Positions 25,101-38,451 of a DNA stretch of 64,000 bases are shown here, in pieces. Source of the stretch: the human T2T-CHM13v2.0 reference genome, Homo sapiens; assembly GCF_009914755.1 (NCBI RefSeq), contig NC_060931.1. One strand, 5' to 3'. Both the position numbers and the translations under genes were made by a program. The first letter of the stretch is position 1. Every line of letters begins with the position of its first letter. The notes below the pieces were generated by a model. That model made no database searches. It saw nothing but the letters and a program-made list of their open reading frames with translations, and was not told where the DNA came from.

Positions 25101-28100
25101 AAATAAAAACTAGACAGAATCATTCTCAGAAACTACTTTGTGATGTGTGCCTTCAACTCACAGAGTTTAACCTTTCTTTTCTTAGAGCAGTTTAGAAACA
25201 CTCTGCTTGTTACGTCTGCAAGTGGATATTTGGACCTCTTTGAGGCCTTCGTTGCAAACGGGGTTTCTTCCTTTCATGCTAGACTAAGAAGAGTTCTCAG
25301 TAACTTTTTTGTGTTGTGTGTATTCAACTCACAGAGTTGAACCTTGCTTTAGAGAGAGCAGATTTGAAACACTCTTGCTGTGGCATTTTCAGGTGGAGAT
25401 TTCAAGCGATTTGAGGACAATTGCAGAAAAGGAAATATCTTCGTATAATAACCAGACAGAATCATTCTCAGAAAGTGCTTTGTGATGTGTGCGTTCAACT
25501 CACAGAGTTTAACCTTTCTTTTCATAGAGGAGTTTGGAAACACACTGTTTGTAAAGTCTGCAAGTGGATATATGGACCTGTTTGAGGCCTTCGTTGGAAA
25601 CGGGATTTCTTCATTGAATGCTAGACGGAAGAATTCTCAGTAAATTCTTTGTGTTGTGTGCATTCAACTCACAGAGTGGAACGTCCCTTTAGACAGAGCA
25701 GATTTGAAACACTCTTTTTGCGGAATTTGCAAGTGGAGATTTCTAGCCATTTGATGCCAACAGTAGAAAGGGAAATATCTTCAAATAAAAACCAGACAGA
25801 ATCATTCTCAGAAAATTCTTTGTGATGTGTGCGTTCAACTCACATAGTTTAACCTTTCTTTTCATAGAGCAGTTTGGAAACACTCTGTTTGTAAAGTCTG
25901 CAAGTGGATATATGGACCGCATTGAGGCCTTCGTTGGAAACGGGATTTCTTCATTTCATGCTAGACAGAAGAATTCTCAGTAACTTCTTTGTGCTGTGTG
26001 TATTCAACTCACAGAGTGGAACGTCCCTTTGCACAGAGCAGATTTGAAACACTCTTTTTGTGGAGTTTGCAAGTGGAGATTTCAAGCGATTTGATGCCTA
26101 CAGTAGAAAAGGAAATATCTTCAAATAAAAACTAGACAGAATCATTCTCAGAAACTACTTTGTGATGTGTGCCTTCAACTCACAGAGTTTAACCTTTCTT
26201 TTCTTAGAGCAGTTTAGAAACACTCTGATTGTTATGTCTGCAAGTGGATATTTGGACCTCTTTGAGGCCTTCGTTGCAAACGGGGTTTCTTCCTTTCATG
26301 CTAGACTAAGAAGAGTTCTCAGTAACTTTTTTGTGTTGTGTGTATTCAACTCACAGAGTTGAACCTTGCTTTAGAGAGAGCAGATTTGAAACACTCTTGC
26401 TGTGGCATTTTCAGGTGGAGATTTCAAGCGATTTGAGGACAATTGCAGAAAAGGAAATATCTTCGTATAATAACCAGACAGAATCATTCTCAGAAAGTGC
26501 TTTGTGATGTGTGCGTTCAACTCACAGAGTTTAACCTTTCTTTTCATAGAGGAGTTTGGAAACACACTGTTTGTAAAGTCTGCAAGTGGATATATGGACC
26601 TGTTTGAGGCCTTCGTTGGAAACGGGATTTCTTCATTGAATGCTAGACGGAAGAATTCTCAGTAAATTCTTTGTGTTGTGTGCATTCAACTCACAGAGTG
26701 GAACGTCCCTTTAGACAGAGCAGATTTGAAACACTCTTTTTGCGGAATTTGCAAGTGGAGATTTCTAGCCATTTGATGCCAACAGTAGAAAGGGAAATAT
26801 CTTCAAATAAAAACCAGACAGAATCATTCTCAGAAAATTCTTTGTGATGTGTGCGTTCAACTCACATAGTTTAACCTTTCTTTTCATAGAGCAGTTTGGA
26901 AACACTCTGTTTGTAAAGTCTGCAAGTGGATATATGGACCGCATTGAGGCCTTCGTTGGAAACGGGATTTCTTCATTTCATGCTAGACAGAAGAATTCTC
27001 AGTAACTTCTTTGTGCTGTGTGTATTCAACTCACAGAGTGGAACGTCCCTTTGCACAGAGCAGATTTGAAACACTCTTTTTGTGGAGTTTGCAAGTGGAG
27101 ATTTCAAGCGATTTGATGCCAACAGTAGAAAAGGAAATATCTTCAAATAAAAACTAGACAGAATCATTCTCAGAAACTACTTTGTGATGTGTGCCTTCAA
27201 CTCACAGAGTTCAACCTTTCTTTTCTTAGAGCAGTTTAGAAACACTCTGCTTGTTATGTCTGCAAGTGGATATTTGGACCTCTTTGAGGCCTTCGTTGCA
27301 AACGGGGTTTCTTCCTTTCATGCTAGACTAAGAAGAGTTCTCAGTAACTTTTTTGTGTTGTGTGTATTCAACTCACAGAGTTGAACCTTGCTTTAGAGAG
27401 AGCAGATTTGAAACACTCTTGCTGTGGCATTTTCAGGTGGAGATTTCAAGCGATTTGAGGACAATTGCAGAAAAGGAAATATCTTCGTATAATAACCAGA
27501 CAGAATCATTCTCAGAAAGTGCTTTGTGATGTGTGCGTTCAACTCACAGAGTTTAACCTTTCTTTTCATAGAGGAGTTTGGAAACACACTGTTTGTAAAG
27601 TCTGCAAGTGGATACATGGACCTGTTTGAGGCCTTCGTTGGAAACGGGATTTCTTCATTGAATGCTAGACGGAAGAATTCTCAGTAAATTCTTTGTGTTG
27701 TGTGCATTCAACTCACAGAGTGGAACGTCCCTTTAGACAGAGCAGATTTGAAACACTCTTTTTGCGGAATTTGCAAGTGGAGATTTCTAGCCATTTGATG
27801 CCAACAGTAGAAAGGGAAATATCTTCAAATAAAAACCAGACAGAATCATTCTCAGAAAATTCTTTGTGATGTGTGCGTTCAACTCACATAGTTTAACCTT
27901 TCTTTTCATAGAGCAGTTTGGAAACACTCTGTTTGTAAAGTCTGCAAGTGGATATATGGACCGCATTGAGGCCTTCGTTGGAAACGGGATTTCTTCATTT
28001 CATGCTAGACAGAAGAATTCTCAGTAACTTCTTTGTGCTGTGTGTATTCAACTCACAGAGTGGAACGTCCCTTTGCACAGAGGAGATTTGAAACACTCTT

Positions 28101-30698
28101 TTTGTGGAGTTTGCAAGTGGAGATTTCAAGCGATTTGATGCCAACAGTAGAAAAGGAAATATCTTCAAATAAAAACTAGACAGAATCATTCTCAGAAACT
28201 ACTTTGTGATGTGTGCCTTCAACTCACAGAGTTTAACCTTTCTTTTCTTAGAGCAGTTTAGAAACACTCTGCTTGTTATGTCTGCAAGTGGATATTTGGA
28301 CCTCTTTGAGGCCTTCGTTGCAAACGGGGTTTCTTCCTTTCATGCTAGACTAAGAAGAGTTCTCAGTAACTTTTTTGTGTTGTGTGTATTCAACTCACAG
28401 AGTTGAACCTTGCTTTAGAGAGAGCAGATTTGAAACACTCTTGCTGTGGCATTTTCAGGTGGAGATTTCAAGCGATTTGAGGACAATTGCAGAAAAGGAA
28501 ATATCTTCGTATAATAACCAGACAGAATCATTCTCAGAAAGTGCTTTGTGATGTGTGCGTTCAACTCACAGAGTTTAACCTTTCTTTTCATAGAGGAGTT
28601 TGGAAACACACTGTTTGTAAAGTCTGCAAGTGGATATATGGACCTGTTTGAGGCCTTCGTTGGAAACGGGATTTCTTCATTGAATGCTAGACGGAAGAAT
28701 TCTCAGTAAATTCTTTGTGTTGTGTGCATTCAACTCACAGAGTGGAACGTCCCTTTAGACAGAGCAGATTTGAAACACTCTTTTTGCGGAATTTGCAAGT
28801 GGAGATTTCTAGCCATTTGATGCCAACAGTAGAAAGGGAAATATCTTCAAATAAAAACCAGACAGAATCATTCTCAGAAAATTCTTTGTGATGTGTGCGT
28901 TCAACTCACATAGTTTAACCTTTCTTTTCATAGAGCAGTTTGGAAACACTCTGTTTGTAAAGTCTGCAAGTGGATATATGGACCGCATTGAGGCCTTCGT
29001 TGGAAACGGGATTTCTTCATTTCATGCTAGACAGAAGAATTCTCAGTAACTTCTTTGTGCTGTGTGTATTCAACTCACAGAGTGGAACGTCCCTTTGCAC
29101 AGAGCAGATTTGAAACACTCTTTTTGTGGAGTTTGCAAGTGGAGATTTCAAGCGATTTGATGCCAACAGTAGAAAAGGAAATATCTTCAAATAAAAACTA
29201 GACAGAATCATTCTCAGAAACTACTTTGTGATGTGTGCCTTCAACTCACAGAGTTCAACCTTTCTTTTCTTAGAGCAGTTTAGAAACACTCTGCTTGTTA
29301 TGTCTGCAAGTGGATATTTGGACCTCTTTGAGGCCTTCGTTGCAAACGGGGTTTCTTCCTTTCATGCTAGACTAAGAAGAGTTCTCAGTAACTTTTTTGT
29401 GTTGTGTGTATTCAACTCACAGAGTTGAACCTTGCTTTAGAGAGAGCAGATTTGAAACACTCTTGCTGTGGCATTTTCAGGTGGAGATTTCAAGCGATTT
29501 GAGGACAATTGCAGAAAAGGAAATATCTTCGTATAATAACCAGACAGAATCATTCTCAGAAAGTGCTTTGTGATGTGTGCGTTCAACTCACAGAGTTTAA
29601 CCTTTCTTTTCATAGAGGAGTTTGGAAACACACTGTTTGTAAAGTCTGCAAGTGGATATATGGACCTGTTTGAGGCCTTCGTTGGAAACGGGATTTCTTC
29701 ATTGAATGCTAGACGGAAGAATTCTCAGTAAATTCTTTGTGTTGTGTGCATTCAACTCACAGAGTGGAACGTCCCTTTAGACAGAGCAGATTTGAAACAC
29801 TCTTTTTGCGGAATTTGCAAGTGGAGATTTCTAGCCATTTGATGCCAACAGTAGAAAGGGAAATATCTTCAAATAAAAACCAGACAGAATCATTCTCAGA
29901 AAATTCTTTGTGATGTGTGCGTTCAACTCACATAGTTTAACCTTTCTTTTCATAGAGCAGTTTGGAAACACTCTGTTTGTAAAGTCTGCAAGTGGATATA
30001 TGGACCGCATTGAGGCCTTCGTTGGAAACGGGATTTCTTCATTTCATGCTAGACAGAAGAATTCTCAGTAACTTCTTTGTGCTGTGTGTATTCAACTCAC
30101 AGAGTGGAACGTCCCTTTGCACAGAGCAGATTTGAAACACTCTTTTTGTGGAGTTTGCCAGTGGAGATTTCAAGCGATTTGATGCCAACAGTAGAAAAGG
30201 AAATATCTTCAAATAAAAACTAGACAGAATCATTCTCAGAAACTACTTTGTGATGTGTGCCTTCAACTCACAGAGTTCAACCTTTCTTTTCTTAGAGCAG
30301 TTTAGAAACACTCTGCTTGTTATGTCTGCAAGTGGATATTTGGACCTCTTTGAGGCCTTCGTTGCAAACGGGGTTTCTTCCTTTCATGCTAGACTAAGAA
30401 GAGTTCTCAGTAACTTTTTTGTGTTGTGTGTATTCAACTCACAGAGTTGAACCTTGCTTTAGAGAGAGCAGATTTGAAACACTCTTGCTGTGGCATTTTC
30501 AGGTGGAGATTTCAAGCGATTTGAGGACAATTGCAGAAAAGGAAATATCTTCGTATAATAACCAGACAGAATCATTCTCAGAAAGTGCTTTGTGATGTGT
30601 GCGTTCAACTCACAGAGTTTAACCTTTCTTTTCATAGAGGAGTTTGGAAACACACTGTTTGTAAAGTCTGCAAGTGGATACATGGACCTGTTTGAGGC

Positions 30699-30715
30699 AT
30701 TCGTTGGAAACGGGA
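30699..30715 (+). promoter_or_regulatory. CENP-B box with non-core change, ATTCGTTGGAAACGGGA, probably still functional
   Basis: C>A at position 1 (30699), with the nine core bases intact. Confidence 0.75.
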
Positions 30716-33700
30716 TTTCTTCATTGAATGCTAGACGGAAGAATTCTCAGTAAATTCTTTGTGTTGTGTGCATTCAACTCACAGAGTGGAACGTCCCTTT
30801 AGTCAGAGCAGTTTGAAACACTCTTTTTGCGGAATTTGCAAGTGGAGATTTCTAGCCATTTGATGCCAACAGTAGAAAGGGAAATATCTTCAAATAAAAA
30901 CCAGACAGAATCATTCTCAGAAAATTCTTTGTGATGTGTGCGTTCAACTCACATAGTTTAACCTTTCTTTTCATAGAGCAGTTTGGAAACACTCTGTTTG
31001 TAAAGTCTGCAAGTGGATATATGGACCGCATTGAGGCCTTCGTTGGAAACGGGATTTCTTCATTTCATGCTAGACAGAAGAATTCTCAGTAACTTCTTTG
31101 TGCTGTGTGTATTCAACTCACAGAGTGGAACGTCCCTTTGCACAGAGCAGATTTGAAACACTCTTTTTGTGGAGTTTGCAAGTGGAGATTTCAAGCGATT
31201 TGATGCCAACAGTAGAAAAGGAAATATCTTCAAATAAAAACTAGACAGAATCATTCTCAGAAACTACTTTGTGATGTGTGCCTTCAACTCAGAGTTCAAC
31301 CTGTCTTTTCTTAGAGCAGTTTAGAAACACTCTGCTTGTTATGTCTGCAAGTGGATATTTGGACCTCTTTGAGGCCTTCGTTGCAAACGGGGTTTCTTCC
31401 TTTCATGCTAGACTAAGAAGAGTTCTCAGTAACTTTTTTGTGTTGTGTGTATTCAACTCACAGAGTTGAACCTTGCTTTAGAGAGAGCAGATTTGAAACA
31501 CTCTTGCTGTGGCATTTTCAGGTGGAGATTTCAAGCGATTTGAGGACAATTGCAGAAAAGGAAATATCTTCGTATAATAACCAGACAGAATCATTCTCAG
31601 AAAGTGCTTTGTGATGTGTGCGTTCAACTCACAGATTTTAACCTTTCTTTTCATAGAGGAGTTTGGAAACACACTGTTTGTAAAGTCTGCAAGTGGATAC
31701 ATGGACCTGTTTGAGGCCTTCGTTGGAAACGGGATTTCTTCATTGAATGCTAGATGGAAGAATTCTCAGTAAATTCTTTGTGTTGTGTGCATTCAACTCA
31801 CAGAGTGGAACGTCCCTTTAGACAGAGCAGATTTGAAACACTCTTTTTGCGGAATTTGCAAGTGGAGATTTCTAGCCATTTGATGCCAACAGTAGAAAGG
31901 GAAATATCTTCAAATAAAAACCAGACAGAATCATTCTCAGAAAATTCTTTGTGATGTGTGCGTTCAACTCACATAGTTTAACCTTTCTTTTCATAGAGCA
32001 GTTTGGAAACACTCTGTTTGTAAAGTCTGCAAGTGGATATATGGACCGCATTGAGGCCTTCGTTGGAAACGGGATTTCTTCATTTCATGCTAGACAGAAG
32101 AATTCTCAGTAACTTCTTTGTGCTGTGTGTATTCAACTCACAGAGTGGAACGTCCCTTTGCACAGAGCAGATTTGAAACACTCTTTTTGTGGAGTTTGCA
32201 AGTGGAGATTTCAAGCGATTTGATGCCAACAGTAGAAAAGGAAATATCTTCAAATAAAAACTAGACAGAATCATTCTCAGAAACTACTTTGTGATGTGTG
32301 CCTTCAACTCACAGAGTTCAACCTTTCTTTTCTTAGAGCAGTTTAGAAACACTCTGCTTGTTATGTCTGCAAGTGGATATTTGGACCTCTTTGAGGCCTT
32401 CGTTGCAAACGGGGTTTCTTCCTTTCATGCTAGACTAAGAAGAGTTCTCAGTAACTTTTTTGTGTTGTGTGTATTCAACTCACAGAGTTGAACCTTGCTT
32501 TAGAGAGAGCAGATTTGAAACACTCTTGCTGTGGCATTTTCAGGTGGAGATTTCAAGCGATTTGAGGACAATTGCAGAAAAGGAAATATCTTCGTATAAT
32601 AACCAGACAGAATCATTCTCAGAAAGTGCTTTGTGATGTGTGCGTTCAACTCACAGAGTTTAACCTTTCTTTTCATAGAGGAGTTTGGAAACACACTGTT
32701 TGTAAAGTCTGCAAGTGGATATATGGACCTGTTTGAGGCCTTCGTTGGAAACGGGATTTCTTCATTGAATGCTAGACGGAAGAATTCTCAGTAAATTCTT
32801 TGTGTTGTGTGCATTCAACTCACAGAGTGGAACGTCCCTTTAGACAGAGCAGATTTGAAACACTCTTTTTGCGGAATTTGCAAGTGGAGATTTCTAGCCA
32901 TTTGATGCCAACAGTAGAAAGGGAAATATCTTCAAATAAAAACCAGACAGAATCATTCTCAGAAAATTCTTTGTGATGTGTGCGTTCAACTCACATAGTT
33001 TAACCTTTCTTTTCATAGAGCAGTTTGGAAACACTCTGTTTGTAAAGTCTGCAAGTGGATATATGGACCGCATTGAGGCCTTCGTTGGAAACGGGATTTC
33101 TTCATTTCATGCTAGACAGAAGAATTCTCAGTAACTTCTTTGTGCTGTGTGTATTCAACTCACAGAGTGGAACGTCCCTTTGCACAGAGCAGATTTGAAA
33201 CACTCTTTTTGTGGAGTTTGCAAGTGGAGATTTCAAGCGATTTGATGCCAACAGTAGAAAAGGAAATATCTTCAAATAAAAACTAGACAGAATCATTCTC
33301 AGAAACTACTTTGTGATGTGTGCCTTCAACTCACAGAGTTTAACCTTTCTTTTCTTAGAGCAGTTTAGAAACACTCTGCTTGTTACGTCTGCAAGTGGAT
33401 ATTTGGACCTCTTTGAGGCCTTCGTTGCAAACGGGGTTTCTTCCTTTCATGCTAGACTAAGAAGAGTTCTCAGTAACTTTTTTGTGTTGTGTGTATTCAA
33501 CTCACAGAGGTGAACCTTGCTTTAGAGAGAGCAGATTTGAAACACTCTTGCTGTGGCATTTTCAGGTGGAGATTTCAAGCGATTTGAGGACAATTGCAGA
33601 AAAGGAAATATCTTCGTATAATAACCAGACAGAATCATTCTCAGAAAGTGCTTTGTGATGTGTGCGTTCAACTCACAGAGTTTAACCTTTCTTTTCATAG

Positions 33701-36700
33701 AGGAGTTTGGAAACACACTGTTTGTAAAGTCTGCAAGTGGATACATGGACCTGTTTGAGGCCTTCGTTGGAAACGGGATTTCTTCATTGAATGCTAGACG
33801 GAAGAATTCTCAGTAAATTCTTTGTGTTGTGTGCATTCAACTCACAGAGTGGAACGTCCCTTTAGACAGAGCAGATTTGAAACACTCTTTTTGCGGAATT
33901 TGCAAGTGGAGATTTCTAGCCATTTGATGCCAACAGTAGAAAGGGAAATATCTTCAAATAAAAACCAGACAGAATCATTCTCAGAAAATTCTTTGTGATG
34001 TGTGCGTTCAACTCACATAGTTTAACCTTTCTTTTCATAGAGCAGTTTGGAAACACTCTGTTTGTAAAGTCTGCAAGTGGATATATGGACCGCATTGAGG
34101 CCTTCGTTGGAAACGGGATTTCTTCATTTCATGCTAGACAGAAGAATTCTCAGTAACTTCTTTGTGCTGTGTGTATTCAACTCACAGAGTGGAACGTCCC
34201 TTTGCACAGAGCAGATTTGAAACACTCTTTTTGTGGAGTTTGCAAGTGGAGATTTCAAGCGATTTGATGCCTACAGTAGAAAAGGAAATATCTTCAAATA
34301 AAAACTAGACAGAATCATTCTCAGAAACTACTTTGTGATGTGTGCCTTCAACTCACAGAGTTTAACCTTTCTTTTCTTAGAGCAGTTTAGAAACACTCTG
34401 CTTGTTATGTCTGCAAGTGGATATTTGGACCTCTTTGAGGCCTTCGTTGCAAACGGGGTTTCTTCCTTTCATGCTAGACTAAGAAGAGTTCTCAGTAACT
34501 TTTTTGTGTTGTGTGTATTCAACTCACAGAGTTGAACCTTGCTTTAGAGAGAGCAGATTTGAAACACTCTTGCTGTGGCATTTTCAGGTGGAGATTTCAA
34601 GCGATTTGAGGACAATTGCAGAAAAGGAAATATCTTCGTATAATAACCAGACAGAATCATTCTCAGAAAGTGCTTTGTGATGTGTGCGTTCAACTCACAG
34701 AGTTTAACCTTTCTTTTCATAGAGGAGTTTGGAAACACACTGTTTGTAAAGTCTGCAAGTGGATATATGGACCTGTTTGAGGCCTTCGTTGGAAACGGGA
34801 TTTCTTCATTGAATGCTAGACGGAAGAATTCTCAGTAAATTCTTTGTGTTGTGTGCATTCAACTCACAGAGTGGAACGTCCCTTTAGACAGAGCAGATTT
34901 GAAACACTCTTTTTGCGGAATTTGCAAGTGGAGATTTCTAGCCATTTGATGCCAACAGTAGAAAGGGAAATATCTTCAAATAAAAACCAGACAGAATCAT
35001 TCTCAGAAAATTCTTTGTGATGTGTGCGTTCAACTCACATAGTTTAACCTTTCTTTTCATAGAGCAGTTTGGAAACACTCTGTTTGTAAAGTCTGCAAGT
35101 GGATATATGGACCGCATTGAGGCCTTCGTTGGAAACGGGATTTCTTCATTTCATGCTAGACAGAAGAATTCTCAGTAACTTCTTTGTGCTGTGTGTATTC
35201 AACTCACAGAGTGGAACGTCCCTTTGCACAGAGCAGATTTGAAACACTCTTTTTGTGGAGTTTGCAAGTGGAGATTTCAAGCGATTTGATGCCAACAGTA
35301 GAAAAGGAAATATCTTCAAATAAAAACTAGACAGAATCATTCTCAGAAACTACTTTGTGATGTGTGCCTTCAACTCACAGAGTTCAACCTTTCTTTTCTT
35401 AGAGCAGTTTAGAAACACTCTGCTTGTTATGTCTGCAAGTGGATATTTGGACCTCTTTGAGGCCTTCGTTGCAAACGGGGTTTCTTCCTTTCATGCTAGA
35501 CTAAGAAGAGTTCTCAGTAACTTTTTTGTGTTGTGTGTATTCAACTCACAGAGTTGAACCTTGCTTTAGAGAGAGCAGATTTGAAACACTCTTGCTGTGG
35601 CATTTTCAGGTGGAGATTTCAAGCGATTTGAGGACAATTGCAGAAAAGGAAATATCTTCGTATAATAACCAGACAGAATCATTCTCAGAAAGTGCTTTGT
35701 GATGTGTGCGTTCAACTCACAGAGTTTAACCTTTCTTTTCATAGAGGAGTTTGGAAACACACTGTTTGTAAAGTCTGCAAGTGGATATATGGACCTGTTT
35801 GAGGCCTTCGTTGGAAACGGGATTTCTTCATTGAATGCTAGACGGAAGAATTCTCAGTAAATTCTTTGTGTTGTGTGCATTCAACTCACAGAGTGGAACG
35901 TCCCTTTAGACAGAGCAGATTTGAAACACTCTTTTTGCGGAATTTGCAAGTGGAGATTTCTAGCCATTTGATGCCAACAGTAGAAAGGGAAATATCTTCA
36001 AATAAAAACCAGACAGAATCATTCTCAGAAAATTCTTTGTGATGTGTGCGTTCAACTCACATAGTTTAACCTTTCTTTTCATAGAGCAGTTTGGAAACAC
36101 TCTGTTTGTAAAGTCTGCAAGTGGATATATGGACCGCATTGAGGCCTTCGTTGGAAACGGGATTTCTTCATTTCATGCTAGACAGAAGAATTCTCAGTAA
36201 CTTCTTTGTGCTGTGTGTATTCAACTCACAGAGTGGAACGTCCCTTTGCACAGAGCAGATTTGAAACACTCTTTTTGTGGAGTTTGCCAGTGGAGATTTC
36301 AAGCGATTTGATGCCAACAGTAGAAAAGGAAATATCTTCAAATAAAAACTAGACAGAATCATTCTCAGAAACTACTTTGTGATGTGTGCCTTCAACTCAC
36401 AGAGTTCAACCTTTCTTTTCTTAGAGCAGTTTAGAAACACTCTGCTTGTTATGTCTGCAAGTGGATATTTGGACCTCTTTGAGGCCTTCGTTGCAAACGG
36501 GGTTTCTTCCTTTCATGCTAGACTAAGAAGAGTTCTCAGTAACTTTTTTGTGTTGTGTGTATTCAACTCACAGAGTTGAACCTTGCTTTAGAGAGAGCAG
36601 ATTTGAAACACTCTTGTTGTGGCATTTTCAGGTGGAGATTTCAAGCGATTTGAGGACAATTGCAGAAAAGGAAATATCTTCGTATAATAACCAGACAGAA

Positions 36701-38451
36701 TCATTCTCAGAAAGTGCTTTGTGATGTGTGCGTTCAACTCACAGAGTTTAACCTTTCTTTTCATAGAGGAGTTTGGAAACACACTGTTTGTAAAGTCTGC
36801 AAGTGGATACATGGACCTGTTTGAGGCCTTCGTTGGAAACGGGATTTCTTCATTGAATGCTAGACGGAAGAATTCTCAGTAAATTCTTTGTGTTGTGTGC
36901 ATTCAACTCACAGAGTGGAACGTCCCTTTAGACAGAGCAGATTTGAAACACTCTTTTTGCGGAATTTGCAAGTGGAGATTTCTAGCCATTTGATGCCAAC
37001 AGTAGAAAGGGAAATATCTTCAAATAAAAACCAGACAGAATCATTCTCAGAAAATTCTTTGTGATGTGTGCGTTCAACTCACATAGTTTAACCTTTCTTT
37101 TCATAGAGCAGTTTGGAAACACTCTGTTTGTAAAGTCTGCAAGTGGATATATGGACCGCATTGAGGCCTTCGTTGGAAACGGGATTTCTTCATTTCATGC
37201 TAGACAGAAGAATTCTCAGTAACTTCTTTGTGCTGTGTGTATTCAACTCACAGAGTGGAACGTCCCTTTACACAGAGCAGATTTGAAACACTCTTTTTGT
37301 GGAGTTTGCAAGTGGAGATTTCAAGCGATTTGATGCCAACAGTAGAAAAGGAATTATCTTCAAATAAAAACTAGACAGAATCATTCTCAGAAACTACTTT
37401 GTGATGTGTGCCTTCAACTCACAGAGTTTAACCTTTCTTTTCTTAGAGCAGTTTAGAAACACTCTGCTTGTTACGTCTGCAAGTGGATATTTGGACCTCT
37501 TTGAGGCCTTCGTTGCAAACGGGGTTTCTTCCTTTCATGCTAGACTAAGAAGAGTTCTCAGTAACTTTTTTGTGTTGTGTGTATTCAACTCACAGAGTTG
37601 AACCTTGCTTTAGAGAGAGCAGATTTGAAACACTCTTGCTGTGGCATTTTCAGGTGGAGATTTCAAGCGATTTGAGGACAATTGCAGAAAAGGAAATATC
37701 TTCGTATAATAACCAGACAGAATCATTCTCAGAAAGTGCTTTGTGATGTGTGCGTTCAACTCACAGAGTTTAACCTTTCTTTTCATAGAGGAGTTTGGAA
37801 ACACACTGTTTGTAAAGTCTGCAAGTGGATATATGGACCTGTTTGAGGCCTTCGTTGGAAACGGGATTTCTTCATTGAATGCTAGACGGAAGAATTCTCA
37901 GTAAATTCTTTGTGTTGTGTGCATTCAACTCACAGAGTGGAACGTCCCTTTAGACAGAGCAGATTTGAAACACTCTTTTTGCGGAATTTGCAAGTGGAGA
38001 TTTCTAGCCATTTGATGCCAACAGTAGAAAGGGAAATATCTTCAAATAAAAAACAGACAGAATCATTCTCAGAAAATTCTTTGTGATGTGTGCGTTCAAC
38101 TCACATAGTTTAACCTTTCTTTTCATAGAGCAGTTTGGAAACACTCTGTTTGTAAAGTCTGCAAGTGGATATATGGACCGCATTGAGGCCTTCGTTGGAA
38201 ACGGGATTTCTTCATTTCATGCTAGACAGAAGAATTCTCAGTAACTTCTTTGTGCTGTGTGTATTCAACTCACAGAGTGGAACGTCCCTTTGCACAGAGC
38301 AGATTTGAAACACTCTTTTTGTGGAGTTTGCAAGTGGAGATTTCAAGCGATTTGATGCCTACAGTAGAAAAGGAAATATCTTCAAATAAAAACTAGACAG
38401 AATCATTCTCAGAAACTACTTTGTGATGTGTGCCTTCAACTCACAGAGTTT

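Larger units (their letters stand above)
16964..27183 (+). repeat. Tandem duplication of a 5-HOR block, period 5110 bp (ends approximate)
   Basis: Paired variants at 17084/22194, 17170/22280, 17923/23033, 18291/23401, 19494/24604 and 20989/26099. Confidence 0.93.
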
